64,000 nt of DNA from Chrysomallon squamiferum (lineage: Eukaryota > Animalia > Mollusca), in assembly GCA_012295275.1 (NCBI GenBank), contig CM022678.1, positions 992,001 through 1,056,000 on the forward strand, written 5' to 3'. How positions within the stretch are numbered: position 1 is the first letter of the stretch; the number at the start of each line of letters is the position of its first letter. Shown here one piece after another: positions 13,505-29,363 of the stretch. Below the pieces are notes generated by a model that worked only from the letters and a program-made list of their open reading frames with translations, ran no database searches and was not told where the DNA came from. The translations under genes and the position numbers were made by a program.

Positions 13505-14583
13505 TACACACAGAGTTGCCCTCATGCATATAAACAGATATACACACTTCAAATTCCAGAGTAATAAAAGAAAATGGGCATACCTGATGGCCAAATATCT
13601 AAAATATACTTAATATCATAACTGTCGAATGTTACAAGACAGATAGAAGTTTAATTATCAGTTTAAGTCTCAGGTACGGTCCAGGTTTTATTAAAAATGA
13701 TTTGTCACTCTCGTTATAGTTTGTAATTTACATGAACTACCTTACATTGACTTGAAAAAATAAACTGTATTTCTTTGTCTATGATGATAGAAACAGATAC
13801 TAAGTGAATGTAAAAATAAATAAATAAACAAAATTAAAAAAATTAAAAGTTTTAAGTCATGTAATGTTCTTATTACATATCTATATATCTATATCTATCT
13901 ATCTATCTATATCTGTATCTATCTATCTATCTATTTATCTATCTATATAGATAGACTGATTGAGTGACACATAGATATTTCTTTTTCATTTGCTTCAAAT
14001 AAAATTCCTGTTTATTAACTGAAATTCTATACAGCAACAGGTAAAGTTATTTCCCCTTCAGGGAGGAAAAGACGGAAAGAAATAACTGGTTACTGTTTTT
14101 ACATACACATATACACACATGCACACACACACTCACACAGAGAGAGAGAGAGAAACTCACACATACATATAGATACATTCATACACATTTAGATAAATGC
14201 ATACAGATATATAGATACATATATAGATACATCCAAGCATACATACATGCACACATATATACATGCATACTTACATACATACGTACTGATAGCGCTGTTA
14301 CTTTGATATTTAATAGCTGGTTCACGTCTTAAAACAGTTTTCATTTTAAAAATAAAGATGTATTACAACAGCAAAATCAACACGCGTGAAGATGTTAATC
14401 TCGAGAGCGGTGTTTTGAGAAGGAAAACAGATACATTTAATTTCTGTATTATTTATCATTACAGAACAAAAAAATAGTTGGTTGTTGTCTAAAGACACCA
14501 AACAATGCGAATGTTTCATGACCTTGCTATTTGTCAACAATAATATTAATGAGAAGAAATTCTTTATTAAACGATCAGGAAAA

Positions 14584-14626
<43 letters not shown>

Positions 14627-14994
14627 GGACAAAAAACTAATGAATAAATAAATAAATTAATTAATTAATAAATTAATTAATTAAAAAAGTAATAAAATTT
14701 ATATCACAAATCTGTCCTAAATTTGAAATTATTTTATACTGAAAGCATTTTCAGTTGCAAATCATAATTATGCTACACTTTTGTAACTTCATATAGAGAT
14801 TAATTTACATCATCATTAATATTTGACATAACCAATTAATTTTCATATTTTATATTTATTTTTACAAACCGTAGATATTTATTCCTCCATTGACTGGTTT
14901 ATGAGATAACTGAACAACATATACGTATGTGGTCCTGCTTATTTTTATTATTATTATGATTAGTAGTGGTAGTAGTAGTATTATCCTTATATAA

Positions 14995-15064
<70 letters not shown>

Positions 15065-17743
15065 TGCATTTCCGATTATAGAAACATATATTCCGACTGG
15101 TTTTGTATTCACTCAAAAAGAAATACTAAAAAATACTAAAATAAATAAATCATTTTGTTTTTCATTATTTATTAATTTATTTATAAAGCAATTTTTTAGT
15201 TTATATTATTTTTAAATGAAAACGCAAACGTGAGCTGAGTTTTTGATGTTAGAATCCAGGTTCTCCGTTAAAGAACAATATATAAAATAAAATAAAATAA
15301 AGTGATTAATTTTATGCTGTGAAATAATTAATCAACATCAATTACTAATAGCAGTGTATTAAAAAATTTCGAAATCGAAGTAAGACTTGAATCTTGTCAG
15401 TTAACGAACTGTCACAAATTATGTGCCGTTTGCTCGCTCTGTGAATCGCTCGCTTAGACGCGTCACGTGATATTTTTGTAAAACGACACGTCACAGGTGT
15501 CCACCTAGTATGTTACTCTGGTTGCTTGGTGACAATGTAAATTCAAAGAAGTTTGTATACTGGCTCAAAAAGATATGAGCACTATGCTCGGCGAGCTATA
15601 TATCATTTTCTTCAAGTAAGCTTAAAGATAGCTAAAAATAACACCCACCCACACAATTATAATTATTAAGTCAGAGCAGACATTGTTTATTTAATCATTT
15701 AATTTTATTTCTCTCTCACTCTGCTTTTAGTCTTGATTCAAGACTCTTGAAACGTTCCTAGTAAAATGCATTGACTCTTAAAAATAATTTTACGTAATGC
15801 CATCCAACCAGATCAATTATTTATTTATTATTATTATTATTTTATTTACACAAAATCTTTCTATTAAATCGCCTATTTTTAAACTTGGAGATAATAAAAA
15901 TAATAAAGAAGAAACTCAGTATTAGATAGTTTGCAAATAATAAAAATTCCAAAAATGAAACATAGCAACAAGAACAAAATCAACTAATCAATATTGCTTT
16001 AATATTGCTTCACAAAGACATTTTAAATTACAGCTCAATAACAGATAGAAAATGTACCAATATAGAAATTAGCCTGTTACTGTATTAATGGTGACTAAAC
16101 CTTGAAAACATATTTAACCAATAGCTTATAACAAATCTTTTACGTTTTTATTTATTTATTTATTTTCTTATTTATTTATTTAATTACTTACTTTTTTAAA
16201 TTTATTTATTTGTTTATTTATTATTGTTATATTTGTTTCAAACTGAGATTCTCTGTAACAAAAGGTAAAATTATTACTTTCATGTAGGAAAGCATAGAAG
16301 TAACTGGTTTCTCTGTTTACACATACATACATACATACACACACAAACACACATACATACATACAGATATATACATACATACATACACAGAGATTTAACT
16401 GCAGGTTTAGGTCTTTAAAAATTTTCATTTCTAAAATAAAGATGTATAGCAACAGCAAAATCAACACTCATGAAGATGTTACTTTTGAGAGGAGTGAGTT
16501 GATAAAGAAAACCGCTACATTTAATTTTTGTATTTTATCGGATTACACACAAAAATAAAAGTTCCAAAAACACATGTTACTTTATTATCGTAACTAAACC
16601 TTGAAAATACATTTCACCAAAAGCTTATCATAAATTTTCGACATTTTTTAATATTTAATTTTTAAAATAATTTTTAACATTTATTTATTTTTTATTTATT
16701 ATTATTATTATTATTGTTTTGAACTTCTCAAATACATTGAATTACAACAGCATCAATACCTCACGATACCAATTAATTTCAAATATTCTTTTTCTCAAAT
16801 AATAAGTCATTCAATAGATATTTTGTTCCTCCATCGACTATTTTATTAGTGAACTGAACATGCTATACAGCAATATTACTACAGTCTGTTCGTTCATCAA
16901 CAATGTTTATTCTCAGACATTGTTTCTGTTATTGACCTTTCTTTTTCAATCTTCCTCTTCATATTATTATTCTTATTCTTATTCTTCTTATTATTATTTG
17001 TATTTGTATTGTTGTTCCCGATACAAAGATACAATACGAGTTAATAATAATATTAACATTCTCAAAGATTTACCGAATCAGTTGATATCGTACTATTTAT
17101 CTTTGCTTTAAATTTTGAATTAATTTAGAGAAAGAAAGAAATTTAACAATAAGCTATAATGAATTTTTCATAACCCTTTGTTAAAAATAATTTCAATGAC
17201 AGGATGCATTATATAATCTTGAATAACTATCAACTGTTTACGTGACAAAACTCATGTTAAGTATTTCAAGGAAATACATGTCGAGATCATGTGAAGATGA
17301 CTAATCTTAAAGTAGCATGACCTTGACCACTGAGCTTGTTTAATTTTGAAATGTAAGAACAAATAAACCTGAGTATTAGTAATAAACTTTTCATTCAAAC
17401 AAGAACAACAACAGAAAACAAACGACAACAACAAGAACAAAATCAACTAATAAATATTTCTGTAATAAGGACTATGCACTTAGCCATTTTAAATTCCTTC
17501 TCAATATTAGATATAATTGTACGAATATAGAAATAATCTCTTACTTTATTAATCGTGACTGAACCTTGATCATATTTTTAACCAATATTTTATCATAAAG
17601 GTTCGGCATTTTTCTAATTTATTTATTTATTTATTTTATACTTTTATTTAACTTTTAATTTTTTTTTAATTTTGTGATTTTTTTAATTATTATATGATTA
17701 TTCTTATTATTACTTTTTAATTATTTTCTTCTATGTCTACTTC

Positions 17744-17775
<32 letters not shown>

Positions 17776-17888
17776 TTATTATTACTATTTATTATTGTTT
17801 TGTTTTTTTCCAACTACCCATATAGACTGAATTGCTTCAGCATCCATATTTCATTATACCAAATCATTTCAATTTGTGTATTTTCGAA

Positions 17889-17958
<70 letters not shown>

Positions 17959-18383
17959 TGTACTGTTGTTCTATATAGAAACATATAATATGAATTAATA
18001 ATAATATTTACCGAATCAGTTGTTATCGTATTACTCACCTCTGCTTTAAATTCTCAATTAATTTAATGAAAACAAGAAATTTAACAATAAACTGACATGA
18101 ATCTTTCATGACCTCTTGTCAAAAATAATTTCACTGAGAAGATACTCTGTATTTAACAGCTAAACCGAGTACACTCACAGCCCCCCAGACAAATAGAGTG
18201 AGTGATTAAGTATAGTCTTAAATGATTGATGTAATACAATTATTTGTATGAGACATGCACATTACTTCATCATGTTTAGTGGATCATACGTAGCTATATA
18301 GAAATTAAAATGCATGTATTTATATAATTCAAACTGGGAACAAAGAGTTACAGAAACAAAAAGAATATAAATGAAATGAAACG

Positions 18384-18438
<55 letters not shown>

Positions 18439-18601
18439 TAAAATAGATACAGATTCTGAACAGACATGTTTTTAAAAAAAATCAAAATAAAGTCGACTTT
18501 CTTGTGCTAGTGTCACCAACGACAATAAATAACTAGGTTTTCTGTGAAATAGATAAACAATCAACAGTCACTACTCAGAACATTATACAAAGTTTGCTTA
18601 C

Positions 18602-18754
18602 CTGTAGTATAAATGGAAGTAAAACTGCAATCTTGTAGACTAAATTCACACCAAAAATATGTATGTCGTCAACTTTTTCTCTGTCATCCGTTTGGATACA
18701 TCGGGTGATCTTTTGCAAGTCGACAGGTCACAGATGTAGATCTTTGAATTATTT
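18602..18754 (-). other. Candidate non-coding exon, possibly a distal 5'UTR exon of the microexon gene
   Basis: Unique-looking sequence bounded by a ttgttacag acceptor and a CAG/GTAAGC donor; stops in all three frames. Confidence 0.3.
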
Positions 18755-19177
18755 CTGTAACAAAGGGAGTTTGGATACTGTTATGTTTTTTTGTTGTTGT
18801 TGTTGTTATTTATTAGTATTATTATTATTACTGCTACTATTACACTTCATTTCTTTGCTTATTTGTATATTTCTTTGTATATTTCATTGTTCTTTTTAAG
18901 TAGACTGATATTCAAAGATGACCGCTAATATACACATCAGTCAAAAGACAAATAATATATAAATATATATATATATACACGCAATTGATAGTCATATGCA
19001 TAAAAGATATATAAATAAATAAATAAGTGAAATAAGGAAACCTGTTTTGAAAATTCAGATTTGTGAAAGAAAAACATGATTTTAAAGTGAAATCTATTCT
19101 CTTCTACATGATGCAAATAAGATTAAGTGTTGTTGCCTCATTCAAAAAAAAAGAGTCTACTTACGGCCATGTTGTTC

Positions 19178-19230
<53 letters not shown>

Positions 19231-20450
19231 TCAAGAAAACCTATGCAGTTATTTATCAGAATGAACTAAATGTAAACCAAAAGCAAACTGATGTTAACGT
19301 CAAACTCAAAATGGTTAAAGCGATCACAGTTCACCTTCCTGGAAATAATTAACATCAGCTTCCTTGAACAAAAACTGTTAGTATTGTTTAACAGGAGGAG
19401 GTTAAGAAAAAATAAACTATCAATAACCTTTTGCTATTCCTGCAAAACTTCATGCTATTGTTTTCAAGGTAATCTCTTGTACTTTCCTTCAGAACACATT
19501 CCCATCTACTAACTTAGAGAGAACACTGACTGATGTCAAAGTTCATTTCTGAACAACGAGTGATCGTCTTTTAAGGCTTCCCGCATTTTCGCCGTGATAT
19601 GATCAGAAAGTGCAGAAATTGTTCTTTCAAGGAATTCTGCTTGACCGGGTATTTTTTGCGGAAAGATAGAAAATTTTCAGTTTAAAATTTTAAATTCCGA
19701 AACAAAGTTTTGTTCGGTTTATGAAAGGAAAAAATATTTTAAAGTGAAATCTATGTTCTTTCATATGAGGCAGAAACGAAATTATGTGTATTTTCGGAAA
19801 TGTAGAAACGCTCTAAATGTGTGAAAGGGCATGATTCTTCTAAAAATAATGAAAAATCACACACTTTCATCAGAACAAAACAAATATTTCACACTGAAAA
19901 AGGGAAATGCTACTCTTTATGTTGGTATACATTGCATGGTCCTCTGAACAAAAGTGCAGTGGGGACGACAAATAACAAAATGCATGCTTGTGTCCGAGGG
20001 TAAATTTCAAAATGTAATTACTGGTAAAACATTATTTTAATGTCTTCTGAATATTATAATTAATAATTGTCATAATATTAATAATAATAATAATAACAAC
20101 AACAACCACAACAACAATAATATTAATAATAAGAAGGATAAACAACTAATAAATAAATAATTAAAACACTTTTATTACACATTTTGAACAAAGTAACAAT
20201 ATTTACACGTATCTCTTCTTCTTCTTCTTCTTATTATTATTATTAATTGTTGTTGTTGTTGTTTTTAGATGCAGTACTAGTTTTTATTTATTTCAGAACT
20301 CATGAACTGACCGAGACTGAAAACTTAATAATGTGTGCACAAATATTACAAAATTCAGTTCATGATAATAATAATAATACTACTAATAATAATAATAATA
20401 AAGCAGAAAAAAATACACATATAATTAAACAACATATAAATAAATAAATA

Positions 20451-20481
<31 letters not shown>

Positions 20482-20555
20482 CTTTTTTTTGTGTTGATTT
20501 CTCAAAGATATATTTTTATTTTATTATTCAATGCAAGCGATATAGAAAAATATAA

Positions 20556-20590
<35 letters not shown>

Positions 20591-23163
20591 AAACAAAATA
20601 AAATACAATGATTAATTTGATAGTGTTAAATAAACCATCAAAAATCACTATTAATAACAGTGCGTAGTGCAAATTTTGCCTACCTGTTAATCGAAATCGA
20701 AGTAAAACTTGAATCTTGTCAGTTAACGAATTATCACAAATTATGTGCCGTCTGCTCGCTCTGTGAATCGCTCGCTTAGACACGTCACGTGATATTATTG
20801 TAAGACGTCACGTCACATGTTTGCATGTAGTGTGTTACTCTGGTTGCATGATGACACTGTAAACACGATCAGTTCTAAATATAGCACATTTTTCAAAGTG
20901 GTTTTCATACTAGCTCAGGGGCGTGCTATATATCAGTTTCTTCAAGTAAGCTTAAAGATAGATAAAAATAACACCCACCCACACAATTATAATTATTAAA
21001 ATTTATTAAGTCAGGACAGACATTGTTTATTCAATAATTTAATTTTATTTCTCTCTCACTCTGTGTTTAGTCTTGAATCAGCCCTCTTGAATCTTGTCAT
21101 TAATTATTGATACGACATTAGACGCATACAAAAGAAAGCTTAACTCTCGTATTGAAATCTTTCATATTAACATTAATTTCTTTTCTTTTCTTCTTTTTTC
21201 TCGTTTCATCAAATTACAATAATCTATAAATAACTTTAAATCCCTGCAGTAAAACGCACATCTCTTGTGATAATGGGGTCGATTGTTATAAGCAATATGT
21301 TTATTACGGGTACAGTGTGTTTACCTCGTTGTCTGCCACGAGGAGGCAAGCCGTGGCCCAGTATCTCCTTGATTTTAATCTTTTCTCTTCTTTTTGTTAT
21401 TTTTTTTTTTTTTTTTTTTTAAACTATATGCCAGTTTCAAGTAAAATATTTGATAGTTTCTTAATTTCCTCATCAGAGCTAACGAAGATATTTTCCCACG
21501 GTTGCTTCGTCTACGCCCATGGTAATTTTAACGTCTGCTGTTGAGTACATGTATTGACCTTTTGTGCGTCTGACTTAGCGAGTGTTTTAAACATTTCCTT
21601 TATGTCAAAATATCAATATTTAAACGGGAAGATGGAAAATCATACCATTAGAACATAGAATATATACATTGTATAATAACTATGACATCGGAGAAGTTTC
21701 ATTATATATTTGCATGTATGTTGTTTTAAGAATCAAATCAAACGTTACCTATCATTTTTTTATCAATCTAAACCAAGCATTCATATGTTTTATAAATAAA
21801 TTAACATAAAAAAGTTGGTGTCCTTTTCTATTTTCTGTAATCTAATCATGAATTTGTTCAAATCTTCTGGCTGATATATTGCATATATTTTATTATTCTG
21901 TACATCATTGTAAATCTACCATCTTGTCACACTTGTTATAATTGTTAAAATGATATTAAATTTTGTTTGAATGCATGTTGTAAATAAATTTCAGTTCAGT
22001 TGGTAATTAAAGTGTGTTACGTACCAGATGTGTTGGTACATAAATGCATATATTCTTCTTCTTCTTCTTCTTCTTATTCTTCTTCTTCTTCTTCTTATTA
22101 TTATTATTACTAGTAGTAGTAGTTATATTCACTTCATCGGAACACAAGACTGATTTTTAGGAAATCATTTTTAGCAATGACAGTGGTATATACACATTAT
22201 AAACTATTTAAGAAGAATAAGTAAATAAATAAACAATCACATTCGCAGTTCAGCACCAAAAATCCATTAAACCATTTATTATTGAAACTAGCCAAATTTC
22301 ATTTTCTATAACAAAAATAATAAACACTTCCAAAACAATAGGTTTTTTTTTTTTTGCAAATTCGTGTCTATCTCACAATATAAGACAATTATAGACAACA
22401 CACATCAGAGGATATAGAGGATATTAAAGATGCATGACGTTGATTGGTGAGCTTGCTTATTTTAAGATCTAACGAGAGAGAAAACTGAGTATTAATGTTA
22501 AATTTTTCATTCCCAAACATTGACCAAATCCGTTCATATTGTACTCTTTATCTTTGATTTAACTGCTTAATTCAATGCAATATTGTAATTTAATTCAATA
22601 GTTTCATTTAATGAAAAGAAGAAATTTAACAATAACTAACTTGAATCTTTCATGACCGCTTTTCAAAAAAATTATTCTAACCAAAATATACTCCTTATTA
22701 AACACTTTTAAAATAATAAGAGAAAAACAAAAGACAAAAACACGAACAAAATGAACTAATGAATAAAACTGTAATAAGGAATAGCCATTTTAGCCATTTT
22801 AAATTACAGCTCAGTATTGGATTATAATTAAATCAAATCCAGTATATAGAAATTAATCTATTACTTTATTAATGTTGAACATATTTTTTTATTACAATTA
22901 TTCTATATTTTTTACAACTTCCCGAATAGACTGCGTTAGTTCATCATCAATATTTGACGAAATCAGTTAATTTCAATTTTGTATTTTCTAATGATCGGTT
23001 ATTTCGTCGAAATGTTACTTCTCTATCGACAATTTGAAAAAAATAAAAATAAAATAAACAGGTCAAAAACTATGTATTATTGTTTTTACAAATTGATCAT
23101 TCGTCAACAACTTAACTTACACTTCTAACCGGATTCCCTTATTCGAGCCTTTTTTCTTTCTTT

Positions 23164-23198
<35 letters not shown>

Positions 23199-23226
23199 TA
23201 CGAAGATATAATTCGATTTAATAATA

Positions 23227-23281
<55 letters not shown>

Positions 23282-23389
23282 TAACAACAACAACAATCAC
23301 AATAATGAAGTGTATTTTGGCATTAAAGTTTGAAAGTTGACTTACTATTAGGTATATTATCTTCAATACCCGTGTAACAACATATTTTA

Positions 23390-23990
23390 GTTCACCGCGT
23401 ATCCCGACCAGTGGGACCAATTCTACATCGTTCACGCCAGAAAAGGCTCCTCAACGTACCCCCTTGTGTATGCCCTTGTTCCTGACCGCCTGATTACGAC
23501 CTACCAGCGACCGTTCGGCCACTTGAAGACCCACGTTCAACGCCTTGCCAACAGACCCCTTTCGCCGACTAAAGTTCAGTTCGACTTCGAGATGGTTGCG
23601 ATCCGTGCCTTGGATCTAGCGTTTCCCGTAGCCGAGATGAAAGGGTGTTTTTTTCATTTCACTCAATCCGTGTGGAGGAAAACCGTCGACCGTGGCCTTG
23701 CAGTTGCCTACAAAGAAGATCCAGCCGTGAAACAAACTAGAAGAATTCCACAGCCGGTTGAATGGGCCACTGTGTCATCGCCACCCGAACATAAACCGCC
23801 TGGTGAACATTCTCAAGAAGATCGAGAAGGCAGAGAAGGCCATGCTCCCTCAAAAGTGCCGTTCTTCCGTCCCGCAAGCGAATTTACAGGGAGATCGGCA
23901 ACCGCTTCAGCCGCCTCAAGGACCAGCTTGCCCAAAGAGCCAAGACCAGTCTTCAGTTGCTGGACGCAGTGGATAAACTGGTTAAGGTGG
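23390..23990 (+). mobile_element. Second MULE transposase remnant, 5' truncated
   Basis: Near-identical to 8028-8585 (PLVYALVPDR, DFEMVAI, GCFFHFTQSVWRK) and retains 48 nt that are deleted in the first copy. Confidence 0.85.
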
Positions 23991-24947
23991 GCTGAACTAA
24001 ACTGTTGCGATCTCACAGTGCTGTGCTGTAGAGAGTATTAACTTATTTTAACTGTATTTAACTGTAAATTCTCTTATGCGAACTTACAGTGCTGTGCTCT
24101 AGACAATGCAAATTATTAAATTTACATTATGTTATGCAGACTTATAGTTGTGTTGTTTTTGTTGGGCCGTGCCTATTATTCACATAGGTATTGGGCTGGA
24201 GATTATCTGGGTTTCTGACTAATGGGGGTCTGGTGGGTGTCTGACAAATGAGGTTCTGATTAATGGGTTCTTTTTGTATTCTGTAACAACGAGTGTAACA
24301 GAATAGGTTTCAAATTCTCCTTCCTTACAACTCAAATGTGATCAGGATTAACGTGCGATCTCAGGACATGTATATGTACGACGCACAGTAAAAAATATAA
24401 TAATAATAATATAGATAATAATAATAATATAGATAATAATAATCATAATCATAATAATAATAAAACAACAAAACAACAATAATGAAGTGTAGTTTGATAT
24501 TAATGTTTGAAATATGACCGACTGTTTCACAGACAAAACTAGCATTATTAGCCATAATTATCTTCAATACCCGTATAAAGACATTTGTTTTGTGTTGTTT
24601 CTTGTAACAAATGAGTGTAACAATACAGGTTACAAATTCTCCTTGTTTACAACTCAATCGTGAATATGATTAACGGGCGATCTATGTATCTATATATCCA
24701 CTACTCACAGTAAGTAAATAATAATAATAAGAAGAAGAAGAAGGAGAAGAAGAAGAAGAAGAAGATGAAGAAGAAGAAGAAGAAGATGACGAACAAGAAG
24801 ACGAAGAAGAATAACAAGAACAACAAAAACAACAATAACAACAAGAGCTGTGATTATAATATTAAGAATAATAACACTGATAATAAAATGAATGAAGTAA
24901 ACAAATTAAATAATTCAATTAATGAAATGAAATTCTTGAAGTTAAAT
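23390..24947. repeat. Recent dispersed duplication of 8028-9370
   Basis: The MULE fragment and downstream flank, including the (GAA)n tract, are nearly identical at both loci; the ORF-track peptides match. Confidence 0.9.
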
Positions 24948-25870
24948 GAAGGTCACATACAAAAAGTGGGCAGTATTAGTCATATTTTCTTCAATACTCG
25001 TATAACGACATTTTTCTATTCTCTAACAGATGAGTGTACCAATACAGGTTTCAAATTCTCCTTGTTTACAACTCAACCGTGAACACGATTAACACGTGAT
25101 CTAAGCACCTACACTACACACAGTACAAGTATATAATAATAATAATAATAATAACAACAATAACAACAACAACAATACTGAAGTGTAGTTTGACATTAAA
25201 GTTTGAAATCTGACCTACTGTTTTAGACAAAATTAGGCAGTATTAGTCATATATCTTCAATACCCATGCAATGACGTTTTTCGAGTATCTAACAGTGAGT
25301 TTAACTACAAAGGGTCCAACTTCTGGTTAACAGCTCAACCGTGAACATGATTAACGTGCGATCTAAGTACCTATACATGTACTACGTACAGTACAAATCT
25401 AATAATAATAATAATAATAACAAAACAACAACAACAATAATAATAACAATAAAAACAAAAACCACAATAATGAAGTGTAGTTCGACATTTTTCTATTTCT
25501 AACAATGAGTGTAATAATACAGGTTTCAAATTCTCTGTTTACAATTCAACCGTAAACACGATTAACGGGCGATCTGTGTATCTATACGTAAACCATTCAC
25601 AGCATGAAAAAAAAAAAAAATAATAATAATAATAATAATAATAATAGAAATAATAATAATAAGAAGAAAAAGAACAACAACATCAATAAGTGCAGTGATT
25701 ATGATATTAAAAACAATAACAATGATAATAATATTATGAGTGAAATAAAATGAGTTTCTTAAAGCTAAATGAAGGTGAAAAGTTATATACATACATACGT
25801 GTCCATAAAAATTTAACTTTTCTTCTGTAACACTTAGGACAAGATATATTATTATTATTATTATTATTAT

Positions 25871-25906
<36 letters not shown>

Positions 25907-28190
25907 CAGTAGTGTGGTAGTATTGGTTTATTTATTAATAGAATGGCCAAAGAAGACCCCATATATACAAATCGATCGAAATATATATAACACACCTAGT
26001 TATCAATCACACACATAAGAGAAAAATAAGCGAATACCTTAAATAATAATAGCAATAAAATTCGTCAGAAAACAGCTAAATAAATAAACAAATGAATAAA
26101 TAAATAAATAAAATAATAAAAGGAGTCTTTCCCACTCAGACCCTTCTATATTATAATTATTGTTGATGTATTTATTTATTTATTTTAGTTTTCTTATTTC
26201 TACATACAGGATGAATAACAGTAACAGGACTAATACGCAAAACTCTCCTCTTTTTGACGATGTACGTCTAAGTACAGTTCGTTCTGTAACCGCGTCGGTT
26301 GTTTTTATTGGTTTTAATAAACGTTTTACATCGTTTACATAATAATACGATCTCTGACTATGGACACTGACGACTGACAAAAAAGACTGGGTACCTGTAT
26401 TTAACTCAGTTGGTGATCTTTTAATACAGTCACTCATGTGACACCACGTGCACAGGCGACATTGCGTGATTTCTATCCTCTAACAATGAGCGTAAATCAG
26501 AGATTTAAAATTCTCATTGTTTAAACCTCAACCGTGAACATGTTTAACGGGCAGGCTATGTATCTAAACATAAACTATTCAAAGTAAAAAAAAAAAGTAA
26601 GAAGAAGAAGAAAAAAAATAATAATCATAATAATAAAAGTAAAAGTAATAATCAGAAGAAGAAGCAGAAAAAGAAGATAAAGAAGAAGAAGAAGACGAAG
26701 AAGAAGAAGAAGAAGAAGAAGAAGAAGAAGAAGCAGGAGAAGAACTCCAACAACAACAAAGAACAGTGATTATGCTATTAAGAATAATAACAATGATAAT
26801 AATGTAATGAGTGAAAATAAAATAATGTGAAATAGTAAAAATAAAATGAGTTTCTTGAAGCTAAATGCAGAAACGTTTCATACGAACACACATAGATACA
26901 TACATATATAAAAGTCCATAAGAGATTAAATTTTCTTCTATAACACTCAGTTATCAATTATTATTATTAGTTTATTTATCAAATTATTAATTTTATATTT
27001 ATTTGTAATACATTGGTCAAACATGACCCGAAATATGCAAGTCGATCAAAAAAACCCACCTATATATCCATATATGTAGCTATCAGCCACACACATAAAA
27101 GAGAAATATACGAATACGTCAAATGATAATAATAAAATTTACAAACTTCCCCAGAATATCGAAGTAATAATTTAAATGTACATACTTTTCTCATGTTTAA
27201 GACTTGTGTAACGAATTAAATAAATAATGAGAAATTCGATGCTCTAATACCCAAGAGATAGGTATTCTGCGACCATGATGACTTTAGCATTAACATAAAT
27301 CACAAACATACAGAAAATAAACTCTGATAAGTTTCATTATAAAACCATTCGTATTAATATTAACTTCTTTATATTTTTCATGTTTTCTTTCTCATTCTTT
27401 TCTCAAATCACAATTATCTATAAGGCAACGGCAAATATCTCATTTCGGGTATTATTATTGTTTTTATCTCTTTGTCGGTGTATTTATTTGTTTTAAAAAT
27501 CAGTTGATATTGCACTATGGTCTAATTTCTTTATTCATCGCAGTAATGTAATTTAATAAATAATTTGATATAAAGAAAACAAGAAATTGAACAATAAAAC
27601 AACTTGAATCTCTAAAAACATTGTTTCAAAGAGAAGATACTCTATATCAAACAGCTAAAGAAATATATTCCAGAAACAAAACACAACAAAAGACAAAAAA
27701 CAACAACAAAATCAACTAATAAATATAATTGTAATAAAGAATATCAATTTTAGCCGTTTCAAACTACAGCTCAATATTGGATTATAATTATATTAAATGA
27801 GTATTTAGAAATCAACATATAACCGAAATAACATTGACTAAACTTTGAAAATATTTCTAACTAATGACATATCATATTTATTTACAATTTTTGCAGTTTC
27901 CCGAACAGATTGAATTATATAAGGAGTAATATTGGACGTTATCAGTTAATTTCAGTTTGGTATTTTCAAATAATCAGTTATTCCCTAGACATTTTATTCT
28001 TCCATCACTATTTCATAAGATAACTGAACAAAGTATGTATTATTATTTTTACAAACATCTCTTTCATCAACAGTTGTTATAATGAGAGAGCACATCCATT
28101 TTTGTCCTTTTGTCATTTGATGCTGCTCTTGTTATACAAAGATAAAATTCGATCTAATAATAAATAAATAAATAAATATAAATATAAATA

Positions 28191-28237
<47 letters not shown>

Positions 28238-28544
28238 AATTCATATCACAAATCTGTCCGAAATATAACACTATTTTTTATTGAAACTATTTTCAACGGC
28301 TAATCATAATTATTGTACACTTTTGTAACTTCATAAAGAAACTAATTTACATCAGCAATAATATTTGACGAAACCAGTTAATTTTGATTCTGTTATTTTT
28401 AAATAATCAGTTATTCCGTAGATATTTTACTCGTCCATCGTCTATTTTATAAATCACGAGAACAAGCTATAGATTATTATTTTTACAAACTTCTCTTTTG
28501 TCAAAAGTGGTTGTACTCAGACCCCGCTTCTCTTACTGGCGCCA

Positions 28545-28642
<98 letters not shown>

Positions 28643-29332
28643 TTATAATATATTTTGATTTCACAAAGATATATTTTAACTTTTTATTATTCAATGAAAG
28701 TATATAGAAAAACATAAAATAAATAAATAAATAAATAAACAAATAAAGAAATAAAATAAAATAACATAACAAAATAAAATACAATCATTAATTTGATACT
28801 GTTAAATAAATAAACCATCAGCAATCACTATTAATAACAATGTGTAGTGCAAGTTTTGCCTACCTGTTAATCGAATTCGAAGTAAAAGTCGAATCTTGTC
28901 AGCTAACGAAATGACACAAACTCTGTGCCGTCTGCTCGCTCTGTGAATCACCCGCTTACCCACGTCAGGTGATATTTTTGTAAGACGACACGTGACAGGT
29001 TTGCACGTAGTGTGTTACTCTGGTTGCTCAGTGACAATGTAAACACGATCAGTTCTAACTACAACATTTTTCAAAGTGTTTCGTATACTTGCTCAAAAGG
29101 ATATGAGCATTGTACAGGGGCGAGCTATATATCAATTTGTTCAAGGAAGACTACTCTGTTTTCGTGTCACAGAAGTCAGGGGCAGACATTGTTTATTTAA
29201 TAATTTTATGTTATTTCTGTATTACTCTGCATTTAGTCTTGATTCTGCCCTCTTGAAACGTTCCTAGTAACATACACTGACTTTTAAAGATAATTTTATT
29301 TGATCCCTTCCACCCATCTCTACATTTCGTAT

Positions 29333-29363
<31 letters not shown>

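Noticed and set aside
19060-19900. IRF/NF-kB-like motifs (aaagtgaaa, ggcttccc, ggaattct) suggesting an immune-inducible promoter
   Set aside because: Short degenerate motifs are expected by chance in AT-rich DNA, and there is no transcription start evidence.
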